NCBI GenBank assembly: GCA_963617285.1
Contig: CAVEOR010000001.1
Span: forward strand, 1-37,590
Origin: Anaerovoracaceae bacterium
GTDB taxonomy: Bacteria; Bacillota; Clostridia; Peptostreptococcales; Anaerovoracaceae
Direction: 5' to 3'
DNA: 37,590 nucleotides
The notes under the pieces were generated by a model. It had not been told where the DNA came from and made no database searches. It saw only the letters and a list, made by a program, of their open reading frames with translations. Positions 17,213 to 27,462 of the stretch are shown in pieces. How positions within the stretch are numbered: position 1 is the first letter of the stretch; each line of letters begins with the position of its first letter. The position numbers and the translations under genes are program-made.

Positions 17213-18478
17213 ATGTTAACAAATGCCCCAAAGGGAACCAAGGACATAATGATGGATCAGGTGTATAAGTGGCATTACATCGAAAGAAAATGGAAAGAAA
17301 TTTGTGCAAGATACGGCTTCAAAGAGATCAGGACGCCGATGTTTGAACATACAGAACTTCTTCAGAGAGGCGTAGGCGATACCACAGATATAGTTCAGAA
17401 GGAAATGTATACTTTCAACGACCACGGCGGACGTTCAATCACGCTTAAGCCAGAGGGAACATCCCCTGCAGTTCGTGCTTTTATCGAGCACAAGCAATAC
17501 GCAGAAGTTCAGCCAATCAAGCTTTACTATGATATTCCGTGCTTCCGTTATGAGAAGCCGCAATCAGGCCGTCTGAGACAATTCCACCAGTTCGGCGTTG
17601 AGACATTCGGAACTCCGAACATGATTGCAGACGCAGAAATCATCGCAATCGGCTATGATTTCCTGACTTCAATGGGAGTAACCGACCTCACACTCGAGAT
17701 CAACTCCGTTGGCTGCCCACACTGCCGTGCTGAGCACAGAAAAGCCCTCAAGGAATTCCTTAAGCCAAAGTACGACCAGCTTTGCGACACTTGCAAGTCA
17801 AGATACGAGAAGAACCCAATGAGAATCCTCGACTGCAAGAGCCCAATCGACCAGGAGCTCGTACAGGGAGCACCTATGATGGTTGACTTCCTTTGCGACG
17901 AGTGTAAGGAAGCCTTCGAAGACCTTCAGAAGAACCTCAAGGCGCTCGAAATTCCTTACGTAATCAATCCAAAGATCGTAAGAGGACTTGACTATTACAC
18001 AAAGACTGCATTTGAGTTCGTTACAAACAGCCTTGGTGCACAGGGCACAGTTTGCGGCGGAGGCAGATACGATAACCTTGTATCCGAGGTTGGCGGACCT
18101 CCAATCCCAGGCGTTGGATTCGGACTCGGCAAGGAAAGACTCCTCATGCTCATGGAAGCAAACGGCGTTGAAATTCCAAAGCCAAGAGATTGCGATGTCT
18201 TCGTAGCAACTATGGGCGAAAAGGCAAGACTCTACGGCCAGAAGCTCCTCTTTGACATGAGAAGAGCAGGTCTGAATGCGCAGATTGACGACCTTCAGAG
18301 AAACTTCAAGGGTCAGTTCAAGTACGCTGACAGACTCGGTGCAATCTACACTGTAGTAATCGGTGACAACGAGCTTGAATCAGGTGTTGCAACCCTCAAG
18401 GATATGACGAAGGGCGAGCAGAGCGAGGTTAAGTTCACCGAACTCATCGACGAGCTCAAGAAAAAGCTTGAAGCATAA
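17213..18478 (+). CDS. hisS: Histidine--tRNA ligase
   Basis: KEMYTF, LKPEGT, FRYEKPQSGRLRQFHQ, VRGLDYYT, GGGRYD. Confidence 0.98.
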   Translation: MLTNAPKGTKDIMMDQVYKWHYIERKWKEICARYGFKEIRTPMFEHTELLQRGVGDTTDIVQKEMYTFNDHGGRSITLKPEGTSPAVRAFIEHKQYAEVQPIKLYYDIPCFRYEKPQSGRLRQFHQFGVETFGTPNMIADAEIIAIGYDFLTSMGVTDLTLEINSVGCPHCRAEHRKALKEFLKPKYDQLCDTCKSRYEKNPMRILDCKSPIDQELVQGAPMMVDFLCDECKEAFEDLQKNLKALEIPYVINPKIVRGLDYYTKTAFEFVTNSLGAQGTVCGGGRYDNLVSEVGGPPIPGVGFGLGKERLLMLMEANGVEIPKPRDCDVFVATMGEKARLYGQKLLFDMRRAGLNAQIDDLQRNFKGQFKYADRLGAIYTVVIGDNELESGVATLKDMTKGEQSEVKFTELIDELKKKLEA

Positions 18479-18512
18479 AAAATATATTTAAGATAAATTA
18501 AGGAAAAGAGAA

Positions 18513-20276
18513 ATGAGTGAAATTTTTAAGAGAACGCATATGTGCGGCACTTTGAACATCAGCAACGTTGGACAGGAGGTTGTCCTCAACGGCTGGGTAG
18601 CAAAGAGAAGAAACCTCGGCGGACTTATTTTCGTTGACCTCAGAGACAAGACTGGCATCGTTCAGGTTACATTTGACGACAAAATCCCGCAGGAACTCTT
18701 TGACAAGGCTGACGCACTCAGAAGCGAGTATGTAATCGGAATCAAGGGTGTAGTAAAGGAAAGAAGCGCAAAGAACGAGAACCTGCCAACAGGCGAAATC
18801 GAAGTATTTGCTAACGACCTCGTGCTTTATTCGGAGGCTGACACACCGCCGATTTACATCAAGGACGACGACAACGTAGACGACAACCTGAGACTGAAAT
18901 ATAGATATCTCGACCTCAGAAAGACGAAGATGCAGAGAAACCTCACATTCAGACACAAAGTTTGCAAGTGTGCGCGTGACTACTTTGACGAAAACGGCTT
19001 CACAGAGGTTGAAACTCCAATGCTCATCAAGTCGACTCCAGAGGGTGCGCGTGACTACATCGTTCCTTCGAGAGTTTATCCAGGAGAATTCTATGCACTT
19101 CCGCAATCACCGCAGCTCTTCAAGCAGCTTCTGATGGTAGGCGGAACCGATAGATACATGCAAATCGTAAAGTGCTTCCGTGACGAGGACCTCAGAGCGG
19201 ACAGACAGCCAGAGTTCACACAGATCGACCTTGAGATGTCGTTCGTTGACCAGGACGATGTAATCGCAATCCAGGAAGGGTTCCTCAAGAAGGTATTCCA
19301 CGAGCTCAAGGGCGTTGACATCCAAACACCGCTTCCAAGAATGACTTGGGATGATGCTATGGAACGTTACGGTTCGGATAAGCCAGACACGAGATTCGGA
19401 TTCGAGCTCAAGAAGCTCAACGACGTCGTAGCAGGCTGCGGATTCAAGGTATTCACTGACTGCCTTGCGGGCGGCGGAGACGTTAGAGGCATCTGCGTAA
19501 CAGGTGGCTCCGAGGCGTTCAGCCGCAAGGACATCGACAAGCTCACTGATATGACCAAGTCCTACGGCGCAAAGGGCCTCGTATGGATCAGAGTAAATGA
19601 CGGCGAGTTCAAATCATCCGTAGATAAGTTCTTCTCACAGGAAGAGCTCGCAGAAATCGCAAAGGTATTCGACGCAAAGACAGGCGACCTTATCTTCATC
19701 TGCTCCGACAGAGCAAAGGTTACATATGATTCGCTCGGATTCCTCAGAAGAGAGTGCGCAAGAAGACTTGGGCTTCTCGACGATAACCAGTACAACCTGC
19801 TCTGGGTTGTTGATTTCCCAATGTTCGAAGAGGACGAGGAAGATCACAGCCTCAAGGCAATGCACCATCCGTTCACTTGCCCGAAGTTAGACCAGCTTGA
19901 CCTTCTGGACACAGATCCTCTCGCAGTCAAGGCAGATGCATATGACATCGTTCTCAACGGCGTAGAGCTCGGCGGTGGTTCAGTCAGAATCCACGACAAG
20001 AACCTGCAGGCAAAGATGTTCGAAGTTCTCGGACTCACGAAGGAAGAGTGCGACGAGAAATTCGGATTCCTCATCGAAGCATTCAAGTACGGTGCACCAC
20101 CTCATGCAGGACTTGCTTATGGCCTCGACAGATTCGTAATGCTTCTTCTCGGCGAACCGTCGATCAGAGAAGTCATCGCATTCCCGAAGAACCAGAACGC
20201 ACAGTGCCTCGTTTCCAGTGCACCATCGCCAGTTGATCAGGCTCAGCTTGACGAGCTCGGAATCACGACGAAGTAG
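18513..20276 (+). CDS. aspS: Aspartate--tRNA ligase
   Basis: RLKYRYLDLR, TPEGARDY, ALPQSPQLFKQLLM, FRDEDLRADRQPEFTQ, GAPPHAG. Confidence 0.98.
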   Translation: MSEIFKRTHMCGTLNISNVGQEVVLNGWVAKRRNLGGLIFVDLRDKTGIVQVTFDDKIPQELFDKADALRSEYVIGIKGVVKERSAKNENLPTGEIEVFANDLVLYSEADTPPIYIKDDDNVDDNLRLKYRYLDLRKTKMQRNLTFRHKVCKCARDYFDENGFTEVETPMLIKSTPEGARDYIVPSRVYPGEFYALPQSPQLFKQLLMVGGTDRYMQIVKCFRDEDLRADRQPEFTQIDLEMSFVDQDDVIAIQEGFLKKVFHELKGVDIQTPLPRMTWDDAMERYGSDKPDTRFGFELKKLNDVVAGCGFKVFTDCLAGGGDVRGICVTGGSEAFSRKDIDKLTDMTKSYGAKGLVWIRVNDGEFKSSVDKFFSQEELAEIAKVFDAKTGDLIFICSDRAKVTYDSLGFLRRECARRLGLLDDNQYNLLWVVDFPMFEEDEEDHSLKAMHHPFTCPKLDQLDLLDTDPLAVKADAYDIVLNGVELGGGSVRIHDKNLQAKMFEVLGLTKEECDEKFGFLIEAFKYGAPPHAGLAYGLDRFVMLLLGEPSIREVIAFPKNQNAQCLVSSAPSPVDQAQLDELGITTK

Positions 20277-20336
20277 GACGACGCACGAACGTACAAAATA
20301 GTAAGATGGACATGCGAAAGCAACGCAAGTGCCCAG

Positions 20337-20966
20337 ATGACTAAAAATAACAGAATGAAAAAAGAAAAAATAGGCGTGCTGGGCGGCTCGTTCGACCCAG
20401 CACACAAGGCTCACGTAGCATTCGGAAGTGCTGCGATTAGCGAGGCTGGGCTTGACAGACTTCTCGTCATGCCCGCCTACATACAGCCTTTCAAGAGAGA
20501 AAAGAAAGTAACAGACGAAGAGCATAGACTTGCGACTGCTCGCCTTGCCTTTGCGGGTATCGAGCGTGCTGAAGTCTCAAGTTTTGAGATCGACAAGCAA
20601 TGCGTATCCTACACGTTCGACACGCTGACTGCGCTCACGGAGATGTTCCCTGATGCGGAGATTTACTTTGCTACGGGCTCAGATTCATTTATGACGCTTG
20701 ACACTTGGTACAAGGGTAAGGAAATGCTGAGGAAATTCTCGTTTATAACCGCGCTCCGTCCCAGTGACAGCGAAGAAATGCTTGACTCGAAAATCGCGGA
20801 ATTTCAAGCTGTGTATGGAACGAAGGTTATCAAGCTAAAGACAAAGATGTTAGACATTTCCTCGACGAAGGTCAGAAATGCCTATGCAGCGGGCGAGGAT
20901 GTGAGCGAGCTCATACCAGATAGCGTTGCCCAGTATATCAAGGCAAACGGACTGTACACAATATAA
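20337..20966 (+). CDS. nadD: Nicotinate-nucleotide adenylyltransferase
   Basis: GGSFDPAHKAH, SYTFDT, GSDS, ISST; upstream of yqeK-rsfS; start could be ATG 20355. Confidence 0.93.
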   Translation: MTKNNRMKKEKIGVLGGSFDPAHKAHVAFGSAAISEAGLDRLLVMPAYIQPFKREKKVTDEEHRLATARLAFAGIERAEVSSFEIDKQCVSYTFDTLTALTEMFPDAEIYFATGSDSFMTLDTWYKGKEMLRKFSFITALRPSDSEEMLDSKIAEFQAVYGTKVIKLKTKMLDISSTKVRNAYAAGEDVSELIPDSVAQYIKANGLYTI

Positions 20967-20969
20967 ACC

Positions 20970-21548
20970 ATGGAGAACTACGAAAAGTTAAAACAAGAGA
21001 TAAGTGAATATATCGAGAGGAATTTTTCTGAGAAGAGAAGAGTTCACACGGAAGGCGTTAGAACAACGGCGATAGAGCTTGCCCGCAAGTATGGTGCGGA
21101 CGAGCAGAAAGCCGAGATCGCAGCTCTTTTCCACGATATGTATAGAGGTGTTCCCGAGAGCAGCCTCAATTATTACGTCAAACACCTCGGACTCGACGAT
21201 AAGTATCTCAACAATCGCAATTTGGCGCACGGAAAGATTGCGGCCATAGTTATGAAGAGAGATTTTGATGTTGAAGATGAGGATATTATAAACGCCGTGT
21301 CCTACCACACGACTGGGAGGGCAGGGATGTCAAAGCTTGAGAAGGTCATATACCTTGCGGATGCCATCGAACCGAACAGGAATTACCCGTCCGTCGATGA
21401 GCTGAGAGAACTCGCGAAGGTCGACCTCGATAAGGCTTGCCTCGCGTGCCTGACGCATACGATAGATTTCGTGCGCAGCCAAGGTAATTACTTGGATGAA
21501 GACACCTTGAGAGCGGCTGAGGCAATACAATTAGAAGTTAGCAATTAG
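20970..21548 (+). CDS. yqeK: HD-domain Ap4A hydrolase YqeK
   Basis: RRVHT, ALFHD, AHG, YHTTGR, YLADAIEPNR; between nadD and rsfS. Confidence 0.92.
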   Translation: MENYEKLKQEISEYIERNFSEKRRVHTEGVRTTAIELARKYGADEQKAEIAALFHDMYRGVPESSLNYYVKHLGLDDKYLNNRNLAHGKIAAIVMKRDFDVEDEDIINAVSYHTTGRAGMSKLEKVIYLADAIEPNRNYPSVDELRELAKVDLDKACLACLTHTIDFVRSQGNYLDEDTLRAAEAIQLEVSN

Positions 21549-21561
21549 AAAGGGAAGAAAA

Positions 21562-21906
21562 ATGACTAACAGAGATTATGCACTTTTGGCAGCGAAGACT
21601 CTATCGAACAAGAAGGCACTGGATATCGTCGTAATCGACATTCAGGAAAAAGCCTCATTTGCGGATTATTTCGTAGTCTGCTCTGGCACATCTGAAAGAC
21701 AGATTCAGGCATTGACAGACGACATAGAGGAACTTTATGCCCAGGAGGGACTTTTCGTCAAGTCCATAGAGGGCAAACACGACACAGGCTGGATACTCAT
21801 GGACTTCGGTGACATCATCGTAAACCTGTTCACCAAGGAAATGAGAGAAAAATATAGTATAGAAAAAATCTGGGGAGACTGCACATTCCTAGAAATTGAG
21901 GAATAG
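21562..21906 (+). CDS. rsfS: Ribosome silencing factor
   Basis: [36 protein letters not shown]. Confidence 0.95.
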   Translation: MTNRDYALLAAKTLSNKKALDIVVIDIQEKASFADYFVVCSGTSERQIQALTDDIEELYAQEGLFVKSIEGKHDTGWILMDFGDIIVNLFTKEMREKYSIEKIWGDCTFLEIEE

Positions 21907-21923
21907 AGAGGAAACTTAAACAA

Positions 21924-24416
21924 ATGAACGAAAGATATGATTTTACCAAAATCGAAAAAAAGTGGCAAGACTATTGGGAGAAAAATCAGCTTTTCAAGAC
22001 GGTAGAGGACGAGAATAAAGAGAAATACTATGTTCTTGAGATGTTCCCATATCCGTCAGGCAAGCTCCACATGGGTCACGTTAGAAACTACTCCATCGGC
22101 GACGTAGTAGCTAGATTCAAGAAGATGGACGGCTACAATGTCCTCCATCCGATGGGATTCGACTCATTCGGTCTGCCAGCTGAGAACGCTGCCATCAAGC
22201 ACGGTATCCATCCAGCAACTTGGACATGGGACAACATCCATGAGATGGAATCTCAGCTCCGCGAGCTCGGACTTTCCTACGACTGGGATAGAGAAGTTTG
22301 CACATGCCACGAGGACTATTATAAGTGGATGCAGTGGATTTTCATCCAGTTCTATAAGAAGGGACTCGCATACAAGAAGGAAAACCCAGTTAACTGGTGC
22401 CCGAGCTGCCAGACTGTACTTGCTAACGAGCAGGTAGTAGAAGGCGCATGCGAGCGTTGCAAGACTCCAGTAACCAAGAAGAACCTTTCGCAATGGTATT
22501 TCAAGATTACGGATTATGCGGATAGACTCCTTGAGAACCTCGACAATGGCGCTCTTGATGGATGGCCAAACAAGGTTAGAACGATGCAGAGAAACTGGAT
22601 CGGTCGTTCCTACGGCTGCGAAGTTGACTTCAAGATGAAGGATAGCGACGAGACTTTGACCGTATTCACAACGAGAGTCGACACTATCTACGGAACGACA
22701 TTCATGGTACTCGCACCTGAATATCCAACTGTACTTGAGAACGTAAAGGGCACGGAATACGAAAAGCCAGTTCTCGAATATATCGACAAAGTAAAGCACA
22801 TGAACGAAATCGAACGTACTTCCACTTCCAACGAGAAGACAGGTGTTTTCATCGGCAAGTACGCAATCAACCCGTTCACCCACAAAGAAATGCCTATTTA
22901 CATCGCAGACTATGTTTTGATGGGCTACGGAACAGGCGCCGTAATGGGCGTACCTGCACACGACCAGAGAGACTTTGACTTTGCGACTAAATTTGGTATA
23001 GATATCATCCCTGTAGTTGACCCGCAGGACCCAGAAGTTGACGTAAACAACCTCACGGCGGCTTGCGCGGCATCTGGCGTTATGATTAACTCCGGCGAAA
23101 TCACAGGAATGAACTCCAAGGATGCAATTCCTTACATGATTGACAAGGCTGAGAAGGAAGGCCTGGGCAAGAGAAAGGTTAACTACAAGCTTCGTGACTG
23201 GCTCATCTCCCGTCAAAGATACTGGGGCTGCCCAATCCCTATGATCTACTGCGAAGACTGCGGATGGGTCCCAGAAAGCGAAGAAAACCTTCCGGTTAAG
23301 CTTCCGACGGATGTTGAATTCACTGGCAAGGGCGAATCCCCAATCGCTACATCCAAGACATTCAAGGATTGCACATGCCCACGCTGCGGCAAGAAGGCTA
23401 CGAGAGAAGTTGACACGATGGATACATTCCTCGACTCTTCGTGGTATTTCCTCAGATATTGCGACCCGAAGAACGACAAGGCTGCATTTGACTCCAAGAA
23501 GGTTAACTACTGGATGGATGTTGACCAGTACATCGGCGGAGTCGAGCACGCAATTCTTCACTTGCTTTATTCGAGATTCTTCCAGATGGCTCTCCACGAC
23601 CTCGGACTCGTAGAGGCAGAAGAACCGTTCAAGAACCTCCTGACTCAGGGCATGGTAAACAAGGACGGCAAGAAGATGAGTAAGTCCCTCGGAAACGTTG
23701 TAAGCCCAGAGGAGATTATCGCCAAGTACGGCGCTGACACGGCAAGACTCTTCATCCTCTTTGCGGCACCACCTGACAAGGAACTCGACTGGTCCGATGC
23801 TGGCGTAGAGGGAAGCTACAGATTCCTCGGCAGAGTATGGAGACTCGTATATGATTATACAGTTAAGTATATGGCAGAGGCTGATAAGCTTGCTGGCGAG
23901 CCAATTCAGGTTAAGACAGACGCAGACAAGTCCCTTAACTACATGCTCAACGCTTCCATCAAGAAGGTCAGCGAGGACGTAGGCGGAAGATTTAACTTCA
24001 ATACCGCTATCAGCTCAATCATGGAACTCGTAAACGAGATGTACAAGTACAAGGATGGCAAGGACATCAACATCGGTCTTTATGCAAAGGCTGTAAAGGA
24101 ACTCATCCTGATTCTTTCACCGTTCGTACCGCATATCTGCGAAGAAATGTGGGAAAACATCGGTCAGAAGGAGTCTATCGTAACGATGTCGTGGCCTGAG
24201 TTTGACGCAAGCGCCTTGGTCAAGGACGAGGTGGAAATTGTCGTGCAGATTAACGGCAAGGTCAAGGACAAGATTAACGCGGCAAACAACCTCAGCAAGG
24301 ATGAGTTAGAAAAGGTAGCTATGGATTCCGAGAGAGTTCAGGCTTTATTAGAAGGCAAGACGGTAGTAAAGGTAATTGCAGTACCTAACAAGCTTATTAA
24401 TATCGTTGCCAAATAA
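21924..24416 (+). CDS. leuS: Leucine--tRNA ligase
   Basis: [41 protein letters not shown]. Confidence 0.98.
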   Translation: MNERYDFTKIEKKWQDYWEKNQLFKTVEDENKEKYYVLEMFPYPSGKLHMGHVRNYSIGDVVARFKKMDGYNVLHPMGFDSFGLPAENAAIKHGIHPATWTWDNIHEMESQLRELGLSYDWDREVCTCHEDYYKWMQWIFIQFYKKGLAYKKENPVNWCPSCQTVLANEQVVEGACERCKTPVTKKNLSQWYFKITDYADRLLENLDNGALDGWPNKVRTMQRNWIGRSYGCEVDFKMKDSDETLTVFTTRVDTIYGTTFMVLAPEYPTVLENVKGTEYEKPVLEYIDKVKHMNEIERTSTSNEKTGVFIGKYAINPFTHKEMPIYIADYVLMGYGTGAVMGVPAHDQRDFDFATKFGIDIIPVVDPQDPEVDVNNLTAACAASGVMINSGEITGMNSKDAIPYMIDKAEKEGLGKRKVNYKLRDWLISRQRYWGCPIPMIYCEDCGWVPESEENLPVKLPTDVEFTGKGESPIATSKTFKDCTCPRCGKKATREVDTMDTFLDSSWYFLRYCDPKNDKAAFDSKKVNYWMDVDQYIGGVEHAILHLLYSRFFQMALHDLGLVEAEEPFKNLLTQGMVNKDGKKMSKSLGNVVSPEEIIAKYGADTARLFILFAAPPDKELDWSDAGVEGSYRFLGRVWRLVYDYTVKYMAEADKLAGEPIQVKTDADKSLNYMLNASIKKVSEDVGGRFNFNTAISSIMELVNEMYKYKDGKDINIGLYAKAVKELILILSPFVPHICEEMWENIGQKESIVTMSWPEFDASALVKDEVEIVVQINGKVKDKINAANNLSKDELEKVAMDSERVQALLEGKTVVKVIAVPNKLINIVAK

Positions 24417-24593
24417 AATTGAGAAAGAGGAACGTATTTTTTGAATTTTGCGAAAGAGTGAAATAATGTAGCGAAGAAATTCGCAATTTCGCGCATAATT
24501 TCGCAACAGTATAGAACCTTAAAATCTAAATAAAGTTTATGGCTATCTTTTCATAAAAGAAAATGAACGAAATTGAACGAATTTTAGAAAAGG

Positions 24594-26285
24594 ATGGATT
24601 TTATGAGAAGACAGAATTACCATAGAAACGATACCCCAAATCTCAGGGTCATTCCAATCGGCGGACTGAACGAGATCGGAAAAAATATGACAGTCCTGGA
24701 ATGCAAGAAAGAGATTTTGATTATCGACTGCGGGTTATCGTTTCCAGACAGTGAGATGTACGGAATCGACATCGTTATCCCTGATTTTTCCTATTTGATG
24801 GCGAACAAGGATAAGATCGTAGGTATGGTTATAACGCACGGTCACGAGGACCACATCGGTGCGGTGCCATACTTCCTGAGAGATTTCGACATCCCAGTAT
24901 ACGGAACTAGACTTACGCTCGGTCTGGTTGAGAATAAATTGAAAGAGCACGGAATCCACGGAGACCTCAGAACGATAAATGCGGGCGACAAGATTAAGCT
25001 CGGATGCTTCGAGGTTGAGACGATCAGGACGACGCACTCGATTGCAGACGCTATAGCCCTTGCAATCACTACACCTGCGGGCGTGGTATTCCACTCAGGA
25101 GACTTCAAGATTGACTATACGCCGATCGATGGCGAGCCGATCGATTTCTCCAAGCTTGCCGAGATAGGCAAGAAGGGCGTATTGCTGATGATGTGTGACT
25201 CGACGAACGTGACGAGACCGGGATTTACGGCCTCGGAGCGAGTAGTCGGGCAGACCATAGAAAAGATTTTCCGAAATGCAAAAGCCAGAATTATAATCGC
25301 GACATTCTCGTCGAACGTGCACCGCGTGCAGAAGATTATCGAGAACGCCATCAAGTTCGGTCGCAAGGTTGCAATCTCTGGCAGAAGCATGGAAAATGTA
25401 GTGGCACTTGCCATTGAGCTTGGATACCTCGACATTCCGCCGGGAACGCTCGTTGACCTGAAGATGACGAAGAACATCCCAGACGACAAGCTCGTAATCA
25501 TCACGACGGGTAGCCAAGGCGAGCCGATGTCGGCGCTTTCCAGAATCGCATCTGGCGAGCACAGGTCGGTCAAGCTCAAGAAGGGCGATACGGTCATCCT
25601 TTCCTCGACACCAATTCCAGGAAACGAGAAGACGGTATCAAATGTAGTAAACAAGCTGTTTGAGAAGGGCGCAGAGGTTATTTACTCCGACATCGCAGAC
25701 ATCCACGTATCTGGACACGCCTGCCAGGAGGAGCTCAAGCTCATGCACTCCCTCATCAAGCCAAAGTTCTTCATGCCGGTGCACGGTGAGTATAGACACC
25801 TCATCGCCCACGCAAGGCTCGCAGAAAGCCTCGGTATGAACAAGGATCACGTATTTATACTCAATAACGGTGACATTCTCAATGTGAACCGCAGAAGAGC
25901 AATCAAGGAGGATTCAACCGTTGAGGCTGATGCAATCTTGGTCGACGGACTTGGCGTTGGCGATGTTGGTAATATCGTACTCAGAGACAGGAAGCTGCTC
26001 TCCGAGTCGGGTCTGATTATCGTCGTTGCCGCCATCGAAAAGGAAAGCCACATGGTTGTTTCCGGACCAGAGATTATCTCCAGAGGATTTGTTTATGTAA
26101 GAGAAAACGAGCAGCTCATGGAGGAGGCTCGCAAGGTTTGCGAGGAAGCGCTTGACAAGTGCAGCCGCAAGAGAATCAAGGATTGGAACACGATGAAGTC
26201 GCAGGTAAGAGATGCGCTCAGCTCGTACATCTATGAGACGACGATGAGGAGCCCAATTATTCTGCCGATTTTCCTTGAAGTCTAA
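24594..26285 (+). CDS. rnj: Ribonuclease J
   Basis: GGLNEIGKNM, THGHEDHIG, GDFK, TGSQGEP, HVSGHA, PVHGE; start may be ATG 24603 from RBS spacing. Confidence 0.97.
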   Translation: MDFMRRQNYHRNDTPNLRVIPIGGLNEIGKNMTVLECKKEILIIDCGLSFPDSEMYGIDIVIPDFSYLMANKDKIVGMVITHGHEDHIGAVPYFLRDFDIPVYGTRLTLGLVENKLKEHGIHGDLRTINAGDKIKLGCFEVETIRTTHSIADAIALAITTPAGVVFHSGDFKIDYTPIDGEPIDFSKLAEIGKKGVLLMMCDSTNVTRPGFTASERVVGQTIEKIFRNAKARIIIATFSSNVHRVQKIIENAIKFGRKVAISGRSMENVVALAIELGYLDIPPGTLVDLKMTKNIPDDKLVIITTGSQGEPMSALSRIASGEHRSVKLKKGDTVILSSTPIPGNEKTVSNVVNKLFEKGAEVIYSDIADIHVSGHACQEELKLMHSLIKPKFFMPVHGEYRHLIAHARLAESLGMNKDHVFILNNGDILNVNRRRAIKEDSTVEADAILVDGLGVGDVGNIVLRDRKLLSESGLIIVVAAIEKESHMVVSGPEIISRGFVYVRENEQLMEEARKVCEEALDKCSRKRIKDWNTMKSQVRDALSSYIYETTMRSPIILPIFLEV

Positions 26286-26320
26286 TTAAATTTTTATTGC
26301 TTAGGAAAGGGGACGCAAAA

Positions 26321-26662
26321 ATGAATGTTTATGATTCGGCGCATGGTTTGGCTCAGGCTATCAAGGCCTCTGAGGAGTTCAAACAGTATGACGCAACCAA
26401 GAAGCAAGTTGACGCAAACGAAGAACTTTCGAAGATGATAAAGGACTTCGAGGCGAAACAGCTGGAAATCCAGACAAAGCAGATGATGGGTGAGAATGTC
26501 GGTGGCGAAGAAATGGCTACTATGCAGCAGCTTTATTCGATTATGACAAGGGACCCTATCGCACTGCAGTACATGGAAGCTGAGATGAGATTTTCTCTGA
26601 TGATGAAGGACGTATATCAGATCGTCGGTGAGGCAATCGGCGCAGGCAATCTTTTCGGATAA
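26321..26662 (+). CDS. YlbF/YheA (Com_YlbF) family regulator
   Basis: MNVYDSAHGLAQAIKASEEF helical pattern, YMEAE; ATG 26321 behind GGAAAGGGG. Confidence 0.85.
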   Translation: MNVYDSAHGLAQAIKASEEFKQYDATKKQVDANEELSKMIKDFEAKQLEIQTKQMMGENVGGEEMATMQQLYSIMTRDPIALQYMEAEMRFSLMMKDVYQIVGEAIGAGNLFG

Positions 26663-26710
26663 AATTTCCGGAGATTTTGCAAGTTTGCTGTGCTAAAAAA
26701 TAAACAATAC

Positions 26711-26739
26711 TTGGCAAACTGTAATTTTTTTGATATACT
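26711..26739 (+). promoter_or_regulatory. Probable sigma-A promoter of efp
   Basis: TTGGCA-17 nt-TATACT with extended -10 TGn. Confidence 0.65.
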
Positions 26740-26821
26740 TAAGGGAACAGGTTAAAAATGAGCGCAATTTTGCTCGAAAATATAAAAAAGCACGAATTTA
26801 ATAAGATTGGAGAGATAAAAA

Positions 26822-27382
26822 ATGATTTATGCAAGTGATTTTAGAAAAGGCAGAACATTCCAAATTAACGGCGAACCGCATGTAGTTCTTGACTTCCTGC
26901 ACGTAAAGCCAGGCAAGGGCGCAGCTTTCGTTAGAACTAAGTACAGAAACATCATCACTGGTGCTACAAGAGAAGAAGCATTCAACCCAGATGACAAGTT
27001 CGAAGAAGCTATCATCGAGACAAAGAAGATGCAGTATCTGTATGACATGGACGACCTTTATTACTTCATGGACCCTGAGACTTACGAGCAGATTCCTCTC
27101 GGCAAGGAGCAGGTAGAAGAAGCAATCAAGTTCATGAGACCAAACGACGAAGCAACAGTTAAGTTCTTCCAGGGTCAGGCATTCCTCGTAGAAGCAGCTA
27201 ACTTCGTAGACCTTGAGGTTATCGAGACTGAGCCGGGCGTTAAGGGCAACACTGCAACTAACGTAACAAAGGCTGCTACAGTTGAGACTGGTGCAGTTGT
27301 TCAGGTTCCTATCTTCATCGAGACAGGAGAAAAGATTCAGATCGACACAAGAACAGGCGAATACCTCGGAAGATCCAAGTAA
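26822..27382 (+). CDS. efp: Translation elongation factor P
   Basis: [33 protein letters not shown]. Confidence 0.98.
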   Translation: MIYASDFRKGRTFQINGEPHVVLDFLHVKPGKGAAFVRTKYRNIITGATREEAFNPDDKFEEAIIETKKMQYLYDMDDLYYFMDPETYEQIPLGKEQVEEAIKFMRPNDEATVKFFQGQAFLVEAANFVDLEVIETEPGVKGNTATNVTKAATVETGAVVQVPIFIETGEKIQIDTRTGEYLGRSK

Positions 27383-27462
27383 TCAGATTTTGATGAGACC
27401 ATCGAGCGGGCTTTCTGCAAACATAGCGGGAGGCAGGACTCGATGATTAGGGAGAATCGGAT

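Noticed and set aside
17200..21930. T-box riboswitches before hisS, aspS or leuS
   Set aside because: Upstream gaps are only 1, 34 and 17 nt, with no T-box consensus
22164..23597. 477-aa minus-strand ORF and the other long antisense ORFs (e.g. 29382-30233, 5001-5807, 458-1129)
   Set aside because: They lie opposite well-supported genes, have no recognisable motifs, and are expected shadows of biased codon usage
24563..24625. Small ORF MNEIERILEKDGFYEKTELP overlapping the rnj start; MNEIER also occurs inside LeuS
   Set aside because: No convincing RBS, and the 16/18-nt match is short enough to be chance
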